A stretch of DNA of 64,000 nt from an uncultured bacterium (GCA_963768835.1 CAVYJB010000001.1:88420-152419), one strand, 5' to 3'; numbered from the stretch's first letter, positions 40,455 to 50,720 are shown. Numbers and translations: made by a program. The notes: generated from the letters alone by a model not told the origin.

Positions 40455-42218
40455 ATGGCAAAGGGAGCAAAAACTTCGGACGAGCAGCTGGAACACCTAC
40501 GGCACTCTCTTGCGCACCTTCTGGCCGCCGCGGTCTTGGATATCTACCCCGGGACCAAGAATACCATTGGGCCCTCTATCGAGAATGGCTTCTATTATGA
40601 TTTTGAGTTCTCAAAACCCATCTCGGACACCGACCTGTCAAAGATCGAGGACAGAATGCGCGAAATCCTTAAGAGCTGGCGGTCCTTTAAACGAAGGGAG
40701 GTTACGACCGCAGAGGCGAAGAAGCACTTCGCAAAAAATCCTTACAAACTCGAGCTTATTAAGGAGTTTTCGGGCGAGGGCAAAACCCTCTCTCTCTACA
40801 CTTCAGGAGAATTCACTGACCTCTGCCGCGGCGGTCATGTAGAGGACGCACAAACCATCGACCCCGCGGGGTTCAAGCTCGACCATATCGCCGGGGCCTA
40901 CTGGCGCGGAAGCGAGAAAAATACCATGCTCACGCGCATCTACGGACTCGCCTTCCCAACCAAGAAGGAGCTTCTCGCGTACCTGGCTCTTGTCGAGGAA
41001 GCGAAGAAGCGGGATCACCGCCTAATCGGCAAGCAACAAAAGCTTTTCACGTTTAGCGAATTCGTCGGCTCCGGCCTTCCCCTTTGGCTCCCGAACGGAA
41101 CTATCTTGAAGGATGAGATCGAGAAGTTCGCGAAAGAGACCGAGGAGAAAGCCGGCTATGTCCGCGTGTCGACTCCGCACATCGCGAAGGAAGAGCTCTT
41201 CAAGAAATCGGGGCATCTCCCCCATTACGCGGAGTCAATGTTCCCCCCCATGAAACTCGATGACGGGAACTATTACCTCAAGGCGATGAACTGCCCCATC
41301 CATCACCTCATCTACGGGTCGGAGCCACGGAGCTACCGCGATCTTCCAGTCCGACTCGCTGAGTACGGGACAGTCTATCGGAACGAGCTCTCCGGTACAC
41401 TCGCCGGGCTCCTCCGCGTCCGGATGCTGTCGATGAACGATGCGCACATCTACTGCCGCGCCGACCAAATCGAAGAAGAATTCCGATCCGTCCTCGCCAT
41501 GACCCTTGGATACTTCAAGATTTTTGGGTTAGAAAATTACTCCTTCCGTCTCTCGCTCTGGAGCTCGAAGAACAAAGAGAAGTATATTAACGAACCAAAG
41601 AACTGGGAGCTCGCCGAGAGCATCTTGCGGAAGGTTCTTGTGAAACTAAAGGTTGATTTCGTCGAAGCCGAGAACGAGGCGGCCTTCTACGGCCCCAAGG
41701 TGGATATCCAATACAAATCCATCGGCGGGCGCGAAGAAACCATGTCTACCATCCAGCTCGACTTTGCCGCCAAGAAGCGGTTCGGGCTGTCCTACACCGA
41801 CAAGAACGGCAAAGAGAACGGCGAAGTCTTCGTCATCCACCGAGCTCCGCTATCGACCCACGAGCGCTTCATCGCCTATCTTATCGAACATTATGCGGGG
41901 AATTTTCCGACCTGGCTGTCGCCTGTACAGGTACGCGTGCTGCCTATCGGCGAAGCCCACCAAGTGTACGCCGGGCATGTGGCTGAGGTGCTCACATCGG
42001 GTGGTATCCGCGTGGAGGTGGATGAGGCCGCCGAGACTTTGGGAAAGCGCATCCGCGAAGCGGAGCTTCAGAAAATTCCCTACGTCCTCGTCCTCGGCGA
42101 CCGGGAGATGAAGGAAAAGAGCGTGAATGTCCGCGCACGCCATCAGAAAGAAACCATGACAGTTCCTCTCGATGCTTTTGCACAGAAACTCTTGAAGGAG
42201 ATCCAGGAAAAGAAATAG
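40455..42218 (+). CDS. thrS: threonine--tRNA ligase (lacking N-terminal TGS domain)
   Basis: HxxxH editing motif RHSLAHLLAAAV, class II motifs, C-terminal anticodon-binding domain; 587 aa. Confidence 0.9.
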   Translation: MAKGAKTSDEQLEHLRHSLAHLLAAAVLDIYPGTKNTIGPSIENGFYYDFEFSKPISDTDLSKIEDRMREILKSWRSFKRREVTTAEAKKHFAKNPYKLELIKEFSGEGKTLSLYTSGEFTDLCRGGHVEDAQTIDPAGFKLDHIAGAYWRGSEKNTMLTRIYGLAFPTKKELLAYLALVEEAKKRDHRLIGKQQKLFTFSEFVGSGLPLWLPNGTILKDEIEKFAKETEEKAGYVRVSTPHIAKEELFKKSGHLPHYAESMFPPMKLDDGNYYLKAMNCPIHHLIYGSEPRSYRDLPVRLAEYGTVYRNELSGTLAGLLRVRMLSMNDAHIYCRADQIEEEFRSVLAMTLGYFKIFGLENYSFRLSLWSSKNKEKYINEPKNWELAESILRKVLVKLKVDFVEAENEAAFYGPKVDIQYKSIGGREETMSTIQLDFAAKKRFGLSYTDKNGKENGEVFVIHRAPLSTHERFIAYLIEHYAGNFPTWLSPVQVRVLPIGEAHQVYAGHVAEVLTSGGIRVEVDEAAETLGKRIREAELQKIPYVLVLGDREMKEKSVNVRARHQKETMTVPLDAFAQKLLKEIQEKK

Positions 42219-42240
42219 TTCGTCTGATGGGAATAAAAAT

Positions 42241-42271
42241 GCGCCTCCCAAAATTGGGGGGCGCGTTTGTG
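42241..42271 (+). terminator. rho-independent terminator after thrS
   Basis: GCGCCTCCCAAAATTGGGGGGCGC hairpin followed by GTTTGTG. Confidence 0.5.
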
Positions 42272-42535
42272 AAAGCGTGCCACATTTTTCTTTACGACCA
42301 GGGTTTATCGGTTTCGAAAAGATCTTCTCCCTTCGGTATGAATCCGCGACGGTTCTTCCCCGCCAAGCCTACAATCGCTGCAACGAACGCGGTGATGAGT
42401 GTTACAATGCTCATGACTTTGAAGCTTGGGAACCGCATGATATAGATCCTTTCCAGAAAATTCTTTTAAAGATCGGTGGGTTGTGCCTCTAATGTATCAG
42501 ATATTTTCATCTCTGTCAATTGCCGGTATAATAAA

Positions 42536-43426
42536 ATGATGGAACGGAAACTCGTCGTCGTGGTCGGACCTACCGCAAGCGGAAAAAGCGCGCTCGCGGT
42601 TGCCTTAGCGAAGCGATTCAACGGAGAGGTCGTTTCCGCAGATTCCCGACAAGTCTACCGCGGCCTCGATATTGGTTCGGGCAAGGTCACGCGGCGAGAA
42701 ATGCGCGGTGTTCCACATCATCTTTTAGATATCGCGGACCCCCGCCGGACCTTCACGGCAGCGCAGTACCAGCGGAGAGCGCTCAAGGTTCTTCAAGGAA
42801 TCTGGCGGCGCGGCCATATCCCCATCCTCTGCGGCGGGACAGGGTTCTATGTGCGGGCAGTTGTGGACGGTATCACGTTCCCAAACGTGAAACCGAACGC
42901 AACCCTGCGAAAGCGGCTGAATCGCGTATCGACCCCCAAACTCTTCGCGCTCCTCTACCAGAAGGACCGGACACGTGCGCGGACCATCGATCGGAAGAAC
43001 CGTCGTCGCCTCATCCGCGCGCTTGAGATTGTCGCAGCCAAAGGCAAGGTTCCGAAGCTTATGGCCCACCCTCCCTTCACTGAAGTGCTAATGGTGGGTC
43101 TCCGAAAAGATACAAAAGAGCTTAGGAAACGCATTGAAACAAGGCTTGCGCGACGCCTGAAGCAAGGAATGGTGCGGGAAGTACGGGAACTCCACGCGCG
43201 TGGTGTCTCCTGGAAACGCCTAGAGGATTTCGGGTTGGAGTACCGCCACGTGGCGCGGCATCTTCAAGGAAAAATTTCTAAGGTTGAGATGGCCAAGGCT
43301 ATTCTCCATGATTCTTTTGCATACGCCAAGCGCCAGATGACGTGGTGGAGACGCGATGCGCGCATTGTCTGGCTTGAAAATGCTCCCGAGGCTATTCTTC
43401 TCGCGCGACAGTTCATCAGGGGATAA
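42536..43426 (+). CDS. miaA: tRNA dimethylallyltransferase
   Basis: P-loop VVVGPTASGKSALAVALA, SADSRQVYRGLDIGSGK; start at MMERK. Confidence 0.85.
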   Translation: MMERKLVVVVGPTASGKSALAVALAKRFNGEVVSADSRQVYRGLDIGSGKVTRREMRGVPHHLLDIADPRRTFTAAQYQRRALKVLQGIWRRGHIPILCGGTGFYVRAVVDGITFPNVKPNATLRKRLNRVSTPKLFALLYQKDRTRARTIDRKNRRRLIRALEIVAAKGKVPKLMAHPPFTEVLMVGLRKDTKELRKRIETRLARRLKQGMVREVRELHARGVSWKRLEDFGLEYRHVARHLQGKISKVEMAKAILHDSFAYAKRQMTWWRRDARIVWLENAPEAILLARQFIRG

Positions 43427-43430
43427 AAAG

Positions 43431-43469
43431 CCCCCACCTTCCAAGATCTGGAAGATGGGGGATGTTTTA
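43431..43469 (+). terminator. rho-independent terminator after miaA
   Basis: CCCCCACCTTCCA-agatc-TGGAAGATGGGGG hairpin then ATGTTTTA. Confidence 0.5.
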
Positions 43470-43479
43470 GAAAAGCAGG

Positions 43480-43640
43480 AATTGAATCGGTAGTGCGTAC
43501 AAGCGGTCGGTGACCGCCCGATTCCCAGCGTGTCTCGGATGGGGTTATGAGCCCTCGAGGCGCTCCTACTCTTCGTACTCCGGTAAGGTGTCGGGCACCT
43601 AGCAGCCTCTTATTAGGCCACATACCCCGCGGGGGTTTGT
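43480..43640 (+). ncRNA. candidate small RNA of unknown identity between two plus-strand terminators
   Basis: About 160 nt noncoding, structured GC-rich sequence ending in CCCCGCGGGGG-TTTGTTTT terminator at 43617-43640; weak resemblance to SRP RNA domain IV (CCGGUAAGG...AGCAGCC) not convincing. Confidence 0.2.
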
Positions 43641-43783
43641 TTTCGGTGCTTCGGCGATATGTTGCGTGCCACCAATAGCGCCGTTAGGGGCAACATCCGG
43701 AGACCAGCATTCCCACTGCTAACCTATAAAAAGAACGGTGGTTGAATAGTAACCCCCGTGCATCAAGCTGTCAAAATTGAGCC

Positions 43784-45205
43784 TCAACCGAGCTTCTTTG
43801 TGAAAAGCTCCTTCAAGACCGCAGGGTCTGCTTGACCCTTTGTCTTTGCCATCCCCTGCCCAATAAGGAACTGAAGTGCGTTCCCTTTTCCTTTCTTATA
43901 GTCCTCCACAACCTTGGGATTCGCGGCGATGACCTCCTCCACAAACTTGCCCAGTTCGCCTGTATCGCTCATCACTTTCACGCCACCTGTTTGTATAAGC
44001 ACCTCGGGGTCCTCGCCAGTCTCCACCATCTTTAGTAGAAGGTCTTTTGCGAGCCGGCTTGAGAGCTTTCCCTCCTGAACGAGCGCCACGAGATGCGCGA
44101 ACTCTTCAGGCCCCACCTTGGACGCTCCGACCGAAAGTCCTCGTTCGTTTAAGAGTCCCCGAAGGTCGCTCAAGAAGTAGTTTGCTAGGAGTCCGTAGTC
44201 TCCTTTTTGCAGTCGTTCCTTGAGTTCCGAGGCCGCATCCTCAAAGTAATCCGCAAGCGCTTTTTCCTCCACAAGACGCTCCACCTGGTCGCGGTTCAGG
44301 CCGAACTCTTCCCCGAACCGGCTGCGTTTGGCCGCGGGGAGCTCCGGCAGCTCGTCCCGGAGAGCTTCGATATTGAAGACCCGAAGGTCCAGAGGCGGGA
44401 GATCCGGCTCTGGGAAATACCGATAGTCGTGTGCGGACTCCTTAGAACGCTGGCTCTCCGTGACCTGCTTTTCGTCGCTCCAACCTCGCGTCTCCTGCTT
44501 TACCTCCTTCCGTGCATCCAGGAGTTTCCCTTGTCGGGCTATCTCATATTGGATGGCGCCGTAGACTGCCTTGAACGAGTTTAGGTTCTTAACCTCCACC
44601 TTAGTGCCCATATCCAAACTGATGTTCGCCTCCACTCGCATTTGGCCTTTCTCCATATCGGCGTCCGAGACCCCAAGATAGCGTAGGATGAGGTGGAGCT
44701 CTTTTGCGAACGCCACCGCTTCCTCCGCGGATTTCACATCGGGCTCTGTGACAAGTTCCATCAGTGGCACGCCGGCCCGGTTATAGTCCACGTAGGAAGC
44801 GCCGGATTCGGACTCCTTCTCGCCTGGGAGCGCATGCAGGAGCCGCCCCGTGTCCTCCTCAAGGTGGATGCGCCGGATACGGATATCCTTCAGGGTCCCG
44901 CCCGAAATGAGCGGGTCTTCATACTGGGATATCTGATATCCCTTGGGGAGGTCGGGATAGAAATAGCTTTTGCGATCAAAGTGAGAATCGAGCGCCACGG
45001 TTCCTCCGAGCGCCAAACCCGTCCGAAGAACGAAGAGGATCGCCTCCTTGTTCGCCACGGGAAGCGTTCCAGGATGTGCGAGGCAGATGGGACAGACATT
45101 CACGTTCGGCCGCCGCTCTTCCGGGTTATTCGGACACCCACAGAACATCTTATTCGCGGTTTTCAGCTCAGCGTGAATTTCCAGACCAATCGTAGGGATT
45201 CGCAT
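43784..45205 (-). CDS. gatB: aspartyl/glutamyl-tRNA amidotransferase subunit B
   Basis: GLEIHAELKT, FCGCPN zinc-binding N-terminus, C-terminal YqeY-like helical domain. Confidence 0.9.
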   Translation of the reverse strand: MRIPTIGLEIHAELKTANKMFCGCPNNPEERRPNVNVCPICLAHPGTLPVANKEAILFVLRTGLALGGTVALDSHFDRKSYFYPDLPKGYQISQYEDPLISGGTLKDIRIRRIHLEEDTGRLLHALPGEKESESGASYVDYNRAGVPLMELVTEPDVKSAEEAVAFAKELHLILRYLGVSDADMEKGQMRVEANISLDMGTKVEVKNLNSFKAVYGAIQYEIARQGKLLDARKEVKQETRGWSDEKQVTESQRSKESAHDYRYFPEPDLPPLDLRVFNIEALRDELPELPAAKRSRFGEEFGLNRDQVERLVEEKALADYFEDAASELKERLQKGDYGLLANYFLSDLRGLLNERGLSVGASKVGPEEFAHLVALVQEGKLSSRLAKDLLLKMVETGEDPEVLIQTGGVKVMSDTGELGKFVEEVIAANPKVVEDYKKGKGNALQFLIGQGMAKTKGQADPAVLKELFTKKLG

Positions 45206-45225
45206 ATATTTATATTCTACACCCG

Positions 45226-45735
45226 CTACCAGACCTTCGTAACTGTCATCTCTCGCACATTCCCCGGCCGGGATGGGATTTCGAACCGGACTACGTCACC
45301 CTCGGTCTTGTTCTGTAACGCCGCCGCAAACGGCGCGAGCAGGGTCGTGGTGGTAATCCGTTTTCCTTCGCTCTCGATCTCGACGCCCCCACCCTGCGGG
45401 AGAATAAAGTATGTCGTGCTTTTTCCGTCGGCTCCCTTGACCTCAACGATTGCTCCTGCCTCAACGGCGCGGCACGTCGGAAGCCCCGACTGGGAAAGCT
45501 CTTCCAAGGCCGCAATCGCTTTCTCTTTTTCGGCGAGAGTGCTGTTTATCTTATCTTCGATGGCACGCATCTGGAATCTGGTCGTGTCGCTGTGGGACTG
45601 CGTGGCGCTGGGGGAATCCACCACACCCTGGTGTACTGTCTTCAGACTCCTCTCGAGCTCCGAGCGCTGTTCCGTAAGCTTTTCTATGACCGCGCGTAAG
45701 ATAGTCTTCTTATCCATGTTGACGTTAATCATCAT
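45226..45735 (-). CDS. greA: transcription elongation factor GreA family
   Basis: N-terminal coiled coil and C-terminal FKBP-like domain (KVW C-terminus, GDVVRFEIPSRPG). Confidence 0.7.
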   Translation of the reverse strand: MMINVNMDKKTILRAVIEKLTEQRSELERSLKTVHQGVVDSPSATQSHSDTTRFQMRAIEDKINSTLAEKEKAIAALEELSQSGLPTCRAVEAGAIVEVKGADGKSTTYFILPQGGGVEIESEGKRITTTTLLAPFAAALQNKTEGDVVRFEIPSRPGNVREMTVTKVW

Positions 45736-45804
45736 AAACGAGTTCCTGGGTTTTGAAAATAAAAACCGCCAGGTGGCGGTTTTCTGTTTCTCTTAATGCG
45801 GGGG

Positions 45805-46230
45805 TTAATCTACGACCTCAATCCCCATGTTCCGGGCGGTTCCGGCGATAATCCTCATCGCAGCGTCCACGTCCGTGGTGTTCAAATCCTCCATTTTACG
45901 CTCTGCAATGGCCCGAAGGTCCGCCTGCGTCACTTTCCCCACCTTCTTCGAATGAGGCTCGGCTGAGCCCTTCTCGATGCCCGCAGCCTTCCGAAGAAGC
46001 GCTGATGCCGGCGGGGTCTTCAGCTTAAAGGTAAAGCTCCGGTCCTCGTAAATCGTTATCTCCGCAGGGACGATATCCCCCGTCATGGCCTTCGTGGCCT
46101 CGTTAAACTGTTGGCAGAACTGCTGGATGTTCACGCCATGCTGCCCCAACGCCGGTCCGATGGGCGGTGCGGGGTTCGCGGCGCCCGCGGGAATCTGGAG
46201 TTTCAGGGTCGTTTTGATGGGTTTCGCCAT
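45805..46230 (-). CDS. rplK: 50S ribosomal protein L11
   Basis: [26 protein letters not shown] conserved L11 N-terminal domain. Confidence 0.9.
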   Translation of the reverse strand: MAKPIKTTLKLQIPAGAANPAPPIGPALGQHGVNIQQFCQQFNEATKAMTGDIVPAEITIYEDRSFTFKLKTPPASALLRKAAGIEKGSAEPHSKKVGKVTQADLRAIAERKMEDLNTTDVDAAMRIIAGTARNMGIEVVD

Positions 46231-46232
46231 GG

Positions 46233-46793
46233 TTATACTTTCTGTACCTGCAGAGAATCGAGCTCCAAGAGTGTATCACGGCCGAAGATAGGAACCAAGA
46301 CCTTCACCTTGCCATGCTCTTCGTCCACCTCGGCGATGCGACCTTCCTGTTCCTTAAACGGCCCGTCATTCACGCGTACGAGTTCGCCCACCTTGAGGTC
46401 CACTTTGTACCGCGTTTCTTTCTCGCCCATCCGCGCAAGAAGCTCTTTGATCTCCTCGTCGGAGAGCGGAGTCGGCGTCGCGCTGTCCGCGCCCACGAAA
46501 CCGGTGACGCGCGGCGTGTTCCGCACCACCGACCACGAGTCGTGATCCATAATCATATCCACGAGCACGTACCCGGGGTAAATCTTCTCCTCGATGGTCT
46601 GACGCTTGCCCCCCTTCACGCGGATTTTCACCTCCTTCGGTACGACGACCGCGAAGATCTTGTCCGTCATCATGAGAGATTCCACGCGCTGCTTCAGATA
46701 GCGGTCCACCGCATCCTCATATCCCGCATATGTGTGGATAGCGTACCAGCGTCGCTCGCCTTTCTTAGTTTCGTTCCCCTTGCGTTCCTCCAT
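46233..46793 (-). CDS. nusG: transcription termination/antitermination factor NusG
   Basis: NGN domain [12 protein letters not shown] and C-terminal KOW ([23 protein letters not shown]). Confidence 0.85.
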   Translation of the reverse strand: MEERKGNETKKGERRWYAIHTYAGYEDAVDRYLKQRVESLMMTDKIFAVVVPKEVKIRVKGGKRQTIEEKIYPGYVLVDMIMDHDSWSVVRNTPRVTGFVGADSATPTPLSDEEIKELLARMGEKETRYKVDLKVGELVRVNDGPFKEQEGRIAEVDEEHGKVKVLVPIFGRDTLLELDSLQVQKV

Positions 46794-46796
46794 GGG

Positions 46797-46979
46797 TTAA
46801 ATGATCCGTTGAAGTACTTGAAGGAGTACGGAGTCGAGGAAGCCGAGAAAAATAGCGAGTCCGAGAGAAAAACCGATCACAAACCCGGTGTACCGCGCGG
46901 TCTCACGGGTCGTCGGCCAGTTAACGCGCTTCAATTCCTGGCGTGATTCCTCGATGAAAATTTTGAGCTTCGTGAACAT
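46797..46979 (-). CDS. secE: preprotein translocase subunit SecE
   Basis: 60 aa, RxEL(K)KVxWP motif (RQELKRVNWPTTRE) then single TM; upstream of nusG. Confidence 0.7.
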   Translation of the reverse strand: MFTKLKIFIEESRQELKRVNWPTTRETARYTGFVIGFSLGLAIFLGFLDSVLLQVLQRII

Positions 46980-47006
46980 GGTTCCTGTAGATTAGGAGCT
47001 CCAGGC

Positions 47007-48947
47007 TTAAATGTCAAGATTTTTGACGCTTGCGGCGTGAGCTTGGATGAAGTTTTTCCGTGGTTCCACCTCCTCACCCATAAGAATATCAAAGAGACGG
47101 TCTGCCTGCACCGCGTCATCCACATTGACCTTCAAAAGCACGCGAGCCTCCGGATTCATCGTTGTCTCCCAGAGCTGGGAAGGGTTCATTTCACCGAGAC
47201 CCTTGTAGCGTTGGATGCTCACGCTCTCGGTTCCCATGGTTTTCTGGGCACGATCCCTCTCGGCGTCCGAGTAGGCGTAGCGGACCTCTTTCCCCTTCTG
47301 GAGGCGGAAAAGCGGGGGTTGGGCGATATAAAGATGGTTGTTTTCGATGATCTGGGGAAAATAGCGGTAGAAAAGCGTGAGCAGGAGCGTCCGGATGTGC
47401 GCGCCATCCACGTCCGCATCGGTCATTAGGATGATCTTGTGGTAGCGGAGCTTCGTGATATCGAAGCTGTCCGAGATGGCCGTGCCCATGGCGACGACGA
47501 GCGCCCGTATTTCCTTGTTTAAAAGCATCTTATCGATACGCGCCTTCTCCACATTCAATATCTTGCCTCGCAAAGGCAGGATGGCCTGGAAACGACGGTC
47601 GCGCCCCTGTTTCGCCGAGCCGCCGGCCGAGTCGCCCTCCACGATGAAGATCTCCGAATCTTCGGCGTTCCGGGAACTGCAGTCCGCAAGCTTGCCCGGG
47701 AGCGTGAGTCCTTCGAGCGCCCCTTTGCGGAGCACTGTGTCCTTCGCCGCTTTCGCCGCCTTCCGCGCCTTCGCCGCGAGGAGGTTCTTCTCCATGATGG
47801 CGCGCGCATCCGAACCGTACCGCTCCATGAATTCCTTCAGGGCGTCTGCCACCACAACCTCAACGGCCGTCCTGGCGCCAGGGTTCCCGAGACGCGCTTT
47901 CGTCTGCCCTTCGAACTGCGGCTCGCGGATCTTGATGGAGACGGCGGCCACGAGCCCTTCGCGGATATCGTCCCCCGTGAGATTCTCCTCGGCCTCTTTG
48001 AGGTATCCCTCCTTTCGCGCGTAGTCGTTCAGAGTACGCGTGAGCGCCGCGCGGAAACCCGTAAGGTGAGTCCCGCCGTCCGGGGTATAGATATTATTCG
48101 CGAAGCTCATTTCCTCGCTCTCCACGTCGTCCGTATAGGCGAACGCGGCTTCGATATCGATGTCGTCCTGATCCTTGCGGACGTAGAAGAAATTCGAATG
48201 AATGGTTTTCTCGATGCCAATGAGATACTTCAGGAAAGATTTCAGGCCGCCGTCGAAGTAGAACCCATAGTAAGCGGACCCTCCGGACCGGGCGTCCAGG
48301 AGCTCGATGCGGACCCCCTGGGTGAGATAAGCCTGTTGGCGAAGGTGATCCAGAATCTTCTTAAAATCGAACTCGATTTTCGGAAATATCTCCGGATCCG
48401 GCTGGAACACGATGCGCGTCCCCGTCGTATCTGACTTCCCTATCTTCTTCACGCTGTACTGCGGCACGCCGCGCTTATACTCCTGCACATACACACCGCC
48501 ATCTTTGTTGACCTCCGCCTTCATCCATGTCGAAAGCGCGTTCACAACCGAAACACCGACGCCATGGAGACCGCCTGAAACCTTATACGACTCGCCTCCA
48601 AACTTGCCTCCGGCGTGGAGCGTGCAAAGCGCGGTCTCGAGTGCCGATTTCTTTGTCTTCGGATGGATGTCGACAGGAATACCGCGACCGTCGTCCGTGA
48701 TCGCCACCTTGTTGTCTTTCAAAAGCTCCACGCGGATGTTGCGCGCGAAACCCGCCATCGCCTCGTCGATGGAGTTGTCCACGACCTCCCAGACGAGGTG
48801 GTGCAAACCATCCACGCCTGTGGTGCCGATGTACATTCCCGGCCGCTTCCGAACAGGCTCAAGGCCCTCCAAGACATAGATATCTTTTGCAGTATAGGAA
48901 GCACCGCTCGGGGCGTTTTTACCGTTCTTTTTGGTAGTTTCAGCCAT
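47007..48947 (-). CDS. gyrB: DNA gyrase subunit B
   Basis: GHKL ATPase LHHLVWEVVDNSIDEAMAG, QTK loop, TOPRIM EGDSAGGSAKQGRDR, C-terminal PLRGKILNVEKA; start at MAETTKKNGK. Confidence 0.9.
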   Translation of the reverse strand: MAETTKKNGKNAPSGASYTAKDIYVLEGLEPVRKRPGMYIGTTGVDGLHHLVWEVVDNSIDEAMAGFARNIRVELLKDNKVAITDDGRGIPVDIHPKTKKSALETALCTLHAGGKFGGESYKVSGGLHGVGVSVVNALSTWMKAEVNKDGGVYVQEYKRGVPQYSVKKIGKSDTTGTRIVFQPDPEIFPKIEFDFKKILDHLRQQAYLTQGVRIELLDARSGGSAYYGFYFDGGLKSFLKYLIGIEKTIHSNFFYVRKDQDDIDIEAAFAYTDDVESEEMSFANNIYTPDGGTHLTGFRAALTRTLNDYARKEGYLKEAEENLTGDDIREGLVAAVSIKIREPQFEGQTKARLGNPGARTAVEVVVADALKEFMERYGSDARAIMEKNLLAAKARKAAKAAKDTVLRKGALEGLTLPGKLADCSSRNAEDSEIFIVEGDSAGGSAKQGRDRRFQAILPLRGKILNVEKARIDKMLLNKEIRALVVAMGTAISDSFDITKLRYHKIILMTDADVDGAHIRTLLLTLFYRYFPQIIENNHLYIAQPPLFRLQKGKEVRYAYSDAERDRAQKTMGTESVSIQRYKGLGEMNPSQLWETTMNPEARVLLKVNVDDAVQADRLFDILMGEEVEPRKNFIQAHAASVKNLDI

Positions 48948-49170
48948 TGTTTTGGGGGGCGGGACAACAAAAAAAGGGCTCCCAACCCACAACACCATTG
49001 TATCAAAAAAACGCTTGTATTACAAGCGTAAATGGCAATTTTGACTCTCTAAAAATCCCGAAAATGAAGGGGTTTTTAGGGGGCGGTTTTCGGAGGATAA
49101 TTTACCGGATAGAAATAGAAAGAGCCACCGTATCGGCTGGCTCTTTGGGGTTCGCATGCTTCTGACGTGG

Positions 49171-49677
49171 TTATGCGGGGAGATTGACCCGAGACGCTTC
49201 TGCCGATGCCCGGGCCAGCTCCGTGGACGCGCGGATCAACTCGAGAAAGCTTTTCCGATCCATGCTCTCGTTGATAAGACCGGATGCCCATTCAAAGGGA
49301 TGGGGGTCAACCGCCATTAGTCCGTTGAACTCCGCTCGGGCGAGAATTCTCTCCGGTTGGCTCCTCTTCAGATCAAAGGCGCTGGCCCCGTGAATGGGAA
49401 AACCGACCATGAGTTTTTCGTTGACATAAAACAGGTTAGAATTCATCTTCGAAAGGCGTGGTTCGAGTATTTCCCAGACCTCCTTCAAGAGGGTGGGGTT
49501 AAGCGTGAACACTACGCCCTCATGCGTTCGAACAATGGCGGGGAAAAACCCCATAAGCCCGTGGACAAGCTCGAGAGAGTGAACGGTTTTGAGCTGGTAC
49601 CCCGTCTGATCTCCCGCAAGAAGCTGCTGGAGATTCTCCGGGATTCCAAGAATCGGCTTTCTGATTCGTTGCGGCAT
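49171..49677 (-). CDS. hypothetical protein
   Basis: 168-aa ORF, no recognised domain. Confidence 0.35.
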   Translation of the reverse strand: MPQRIRKPILGIPENLQQLLAGDQTGYQLKTVHSLELVHGLMGFFPAIVRTHEGVVFTLNPTLLKEVWEILEPRLSKMNSNLFYVNEKLMVGFPIHGASAFDLKRSQPERILARAEFNGLMAVDPHPFEWASGLINESMDRKSFLELIRASTELARASAEASRVNLPA

Positions 49678-49802
49678 ATATACCTCCTTGTAAAGTGAGA
49701 GGGATTCTGGATGTTGCTGCTCACTATACTAACGACCTCTTAGGAAATGTAAAGCTCCAGCAAGGCTGGAGCTTTATCCCCCAGGCCAACGGGCGCCAAC
49801 GT

Positions 49803-50720
49803 TTATCGCCAGAGCCCAAACTCCAACCGGATACTATTCCTAAATCGGCCGAAGGAAGATGGCCATCGAAGAGCGCGGTTGTTCCCCCGTTGTCGTCCAC
49901 GGGTGAAACCCTGGACTCCAACGCCGGTCCGCCGCCATCCTCCAGGGCTCTGCGTGTAGGCGCTTGGTGCGGAAACACTGGAGCGAGCAACCGAGAAACT
50001 TGCGCCATCGCTATTCAAGGAAGACGGGGTTGCGAGTGCCTGCCCCCCGCTCGTAATCATAGTGAGCGACCCTGCTCCTGCGGCGGCAAGCGTCTCTTGG
50101 CTTCCATTCACGACTGCATAGCCGCCCGTGAACTGCATCGTACCGAAATTATCCAGCGAAATGAACCCGCCCACTCTACCGGCCCCATTTGTGGGCATTT
50201 CTTCTATCCAGTCAGCAGAGGAATGCGATGACACATACGAGATGCTTGTTTGATAGTGCCCTCCAGTCGTGTTGTCGTTGAAAGAGAGTTGCCAGTTGTT
50301 GGTGGAGGTCTCGTTCAGGGACACGGTCACGGAGTCGCCGCCATGCACGGTGAGCGGGATGATCTGCTGAGATTGCGGTAATATTTCATACCATGCCTGA
50401 TACGTTACGACGCCGTTCTGGACGATCGCCTGCGTGCCCGCCTGGATAAGGTCTTGGGATGAGATGCCGCCGATGCCGACCCAGGTGGCGTCCGCCGCGA
50501 TGCCTGTGGTGGCGGTTACCGACGGGGCAGAGACACTCCACGCCCCGCCGATGCCGCTGTACACACTGCCGGCGGAAGCTACATACCCCGACCAGTTTTC
50601 CGATACGCCGGTACCCGCCGTTGCGTTCGGTGGCGTCTGAGCAAACGTCGGAGCCGCCACGAGAAAGAGTATCGCAGCGGCTACCCCGGTCGAGATCCCT
50701 ATTGAGATCTTGCTGGACAT
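49803..50720 (-). CDS. secreted peptidase G1 (eqolisin/glutamic peptidase)-like protein
   Basis: Signal peptide; motifs SENWSGYV, ATWVGIGG, YQAWYEILPQ, GDSVTVSL parallel to scytalidoglutamic peptidase ESNWGGA / AWVGIDG / YDAWYEWYPE / GDSIQMSV (from memory). Confidence 0.5.
   Translation of the reverse strand: MSSKISIGISTGVAAAILFLVAAPTFAQTPPNATAGTGVSENWSGYVASAGSVYSGIGGAWSVSAPSVTATTGIAADATWVGIGGISSQDLIQAGTQAIVQNGVVTYQAWYEILPQSQQIIPLTVHGGDSVTVSLNETSTNNWQLSFNDNTTGGHYQTSISYVSSHSSADWIEEMPTNGAGRVGGFISLDNFGTMQFTGGYAVVNGSQETLAAAGAGSLTMITSGGQALATPSSLNSDGASFSVARSSVSAPSAYTQSPGGWRRTGVGVQGFTRGRQRGNNRALRWPSSFGRFRNSIRLEFGLWR

Noticed and set aside
42340-42415. 40-codon minus-strand hydrophobic mini-ORF (MSIVTLITAFVAAIVGLAGKNRRGFIPKGEDLFETDKPWS) between thrS and miaA
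   Set aside because: It has no RBS and no conservation evidence. It could be a small membrane peptide but is not supportable from sequence alone.
43480-43640. SRP RNA (ffs) assignment for the intergenic structured segment
   Set aside because: Only a loose CCGG-AAGG...AGCAGCC resemblance. I could not derive the domain IV helix with its GNRA tetraloop, so it is kept only as an unassigned candidate sRNA.
46797-48998. gyrB without adjacent gyrA as an anomaly
   Set aside because: gyrA and gyrB are unlinked in many bacteria, so this is not informative.
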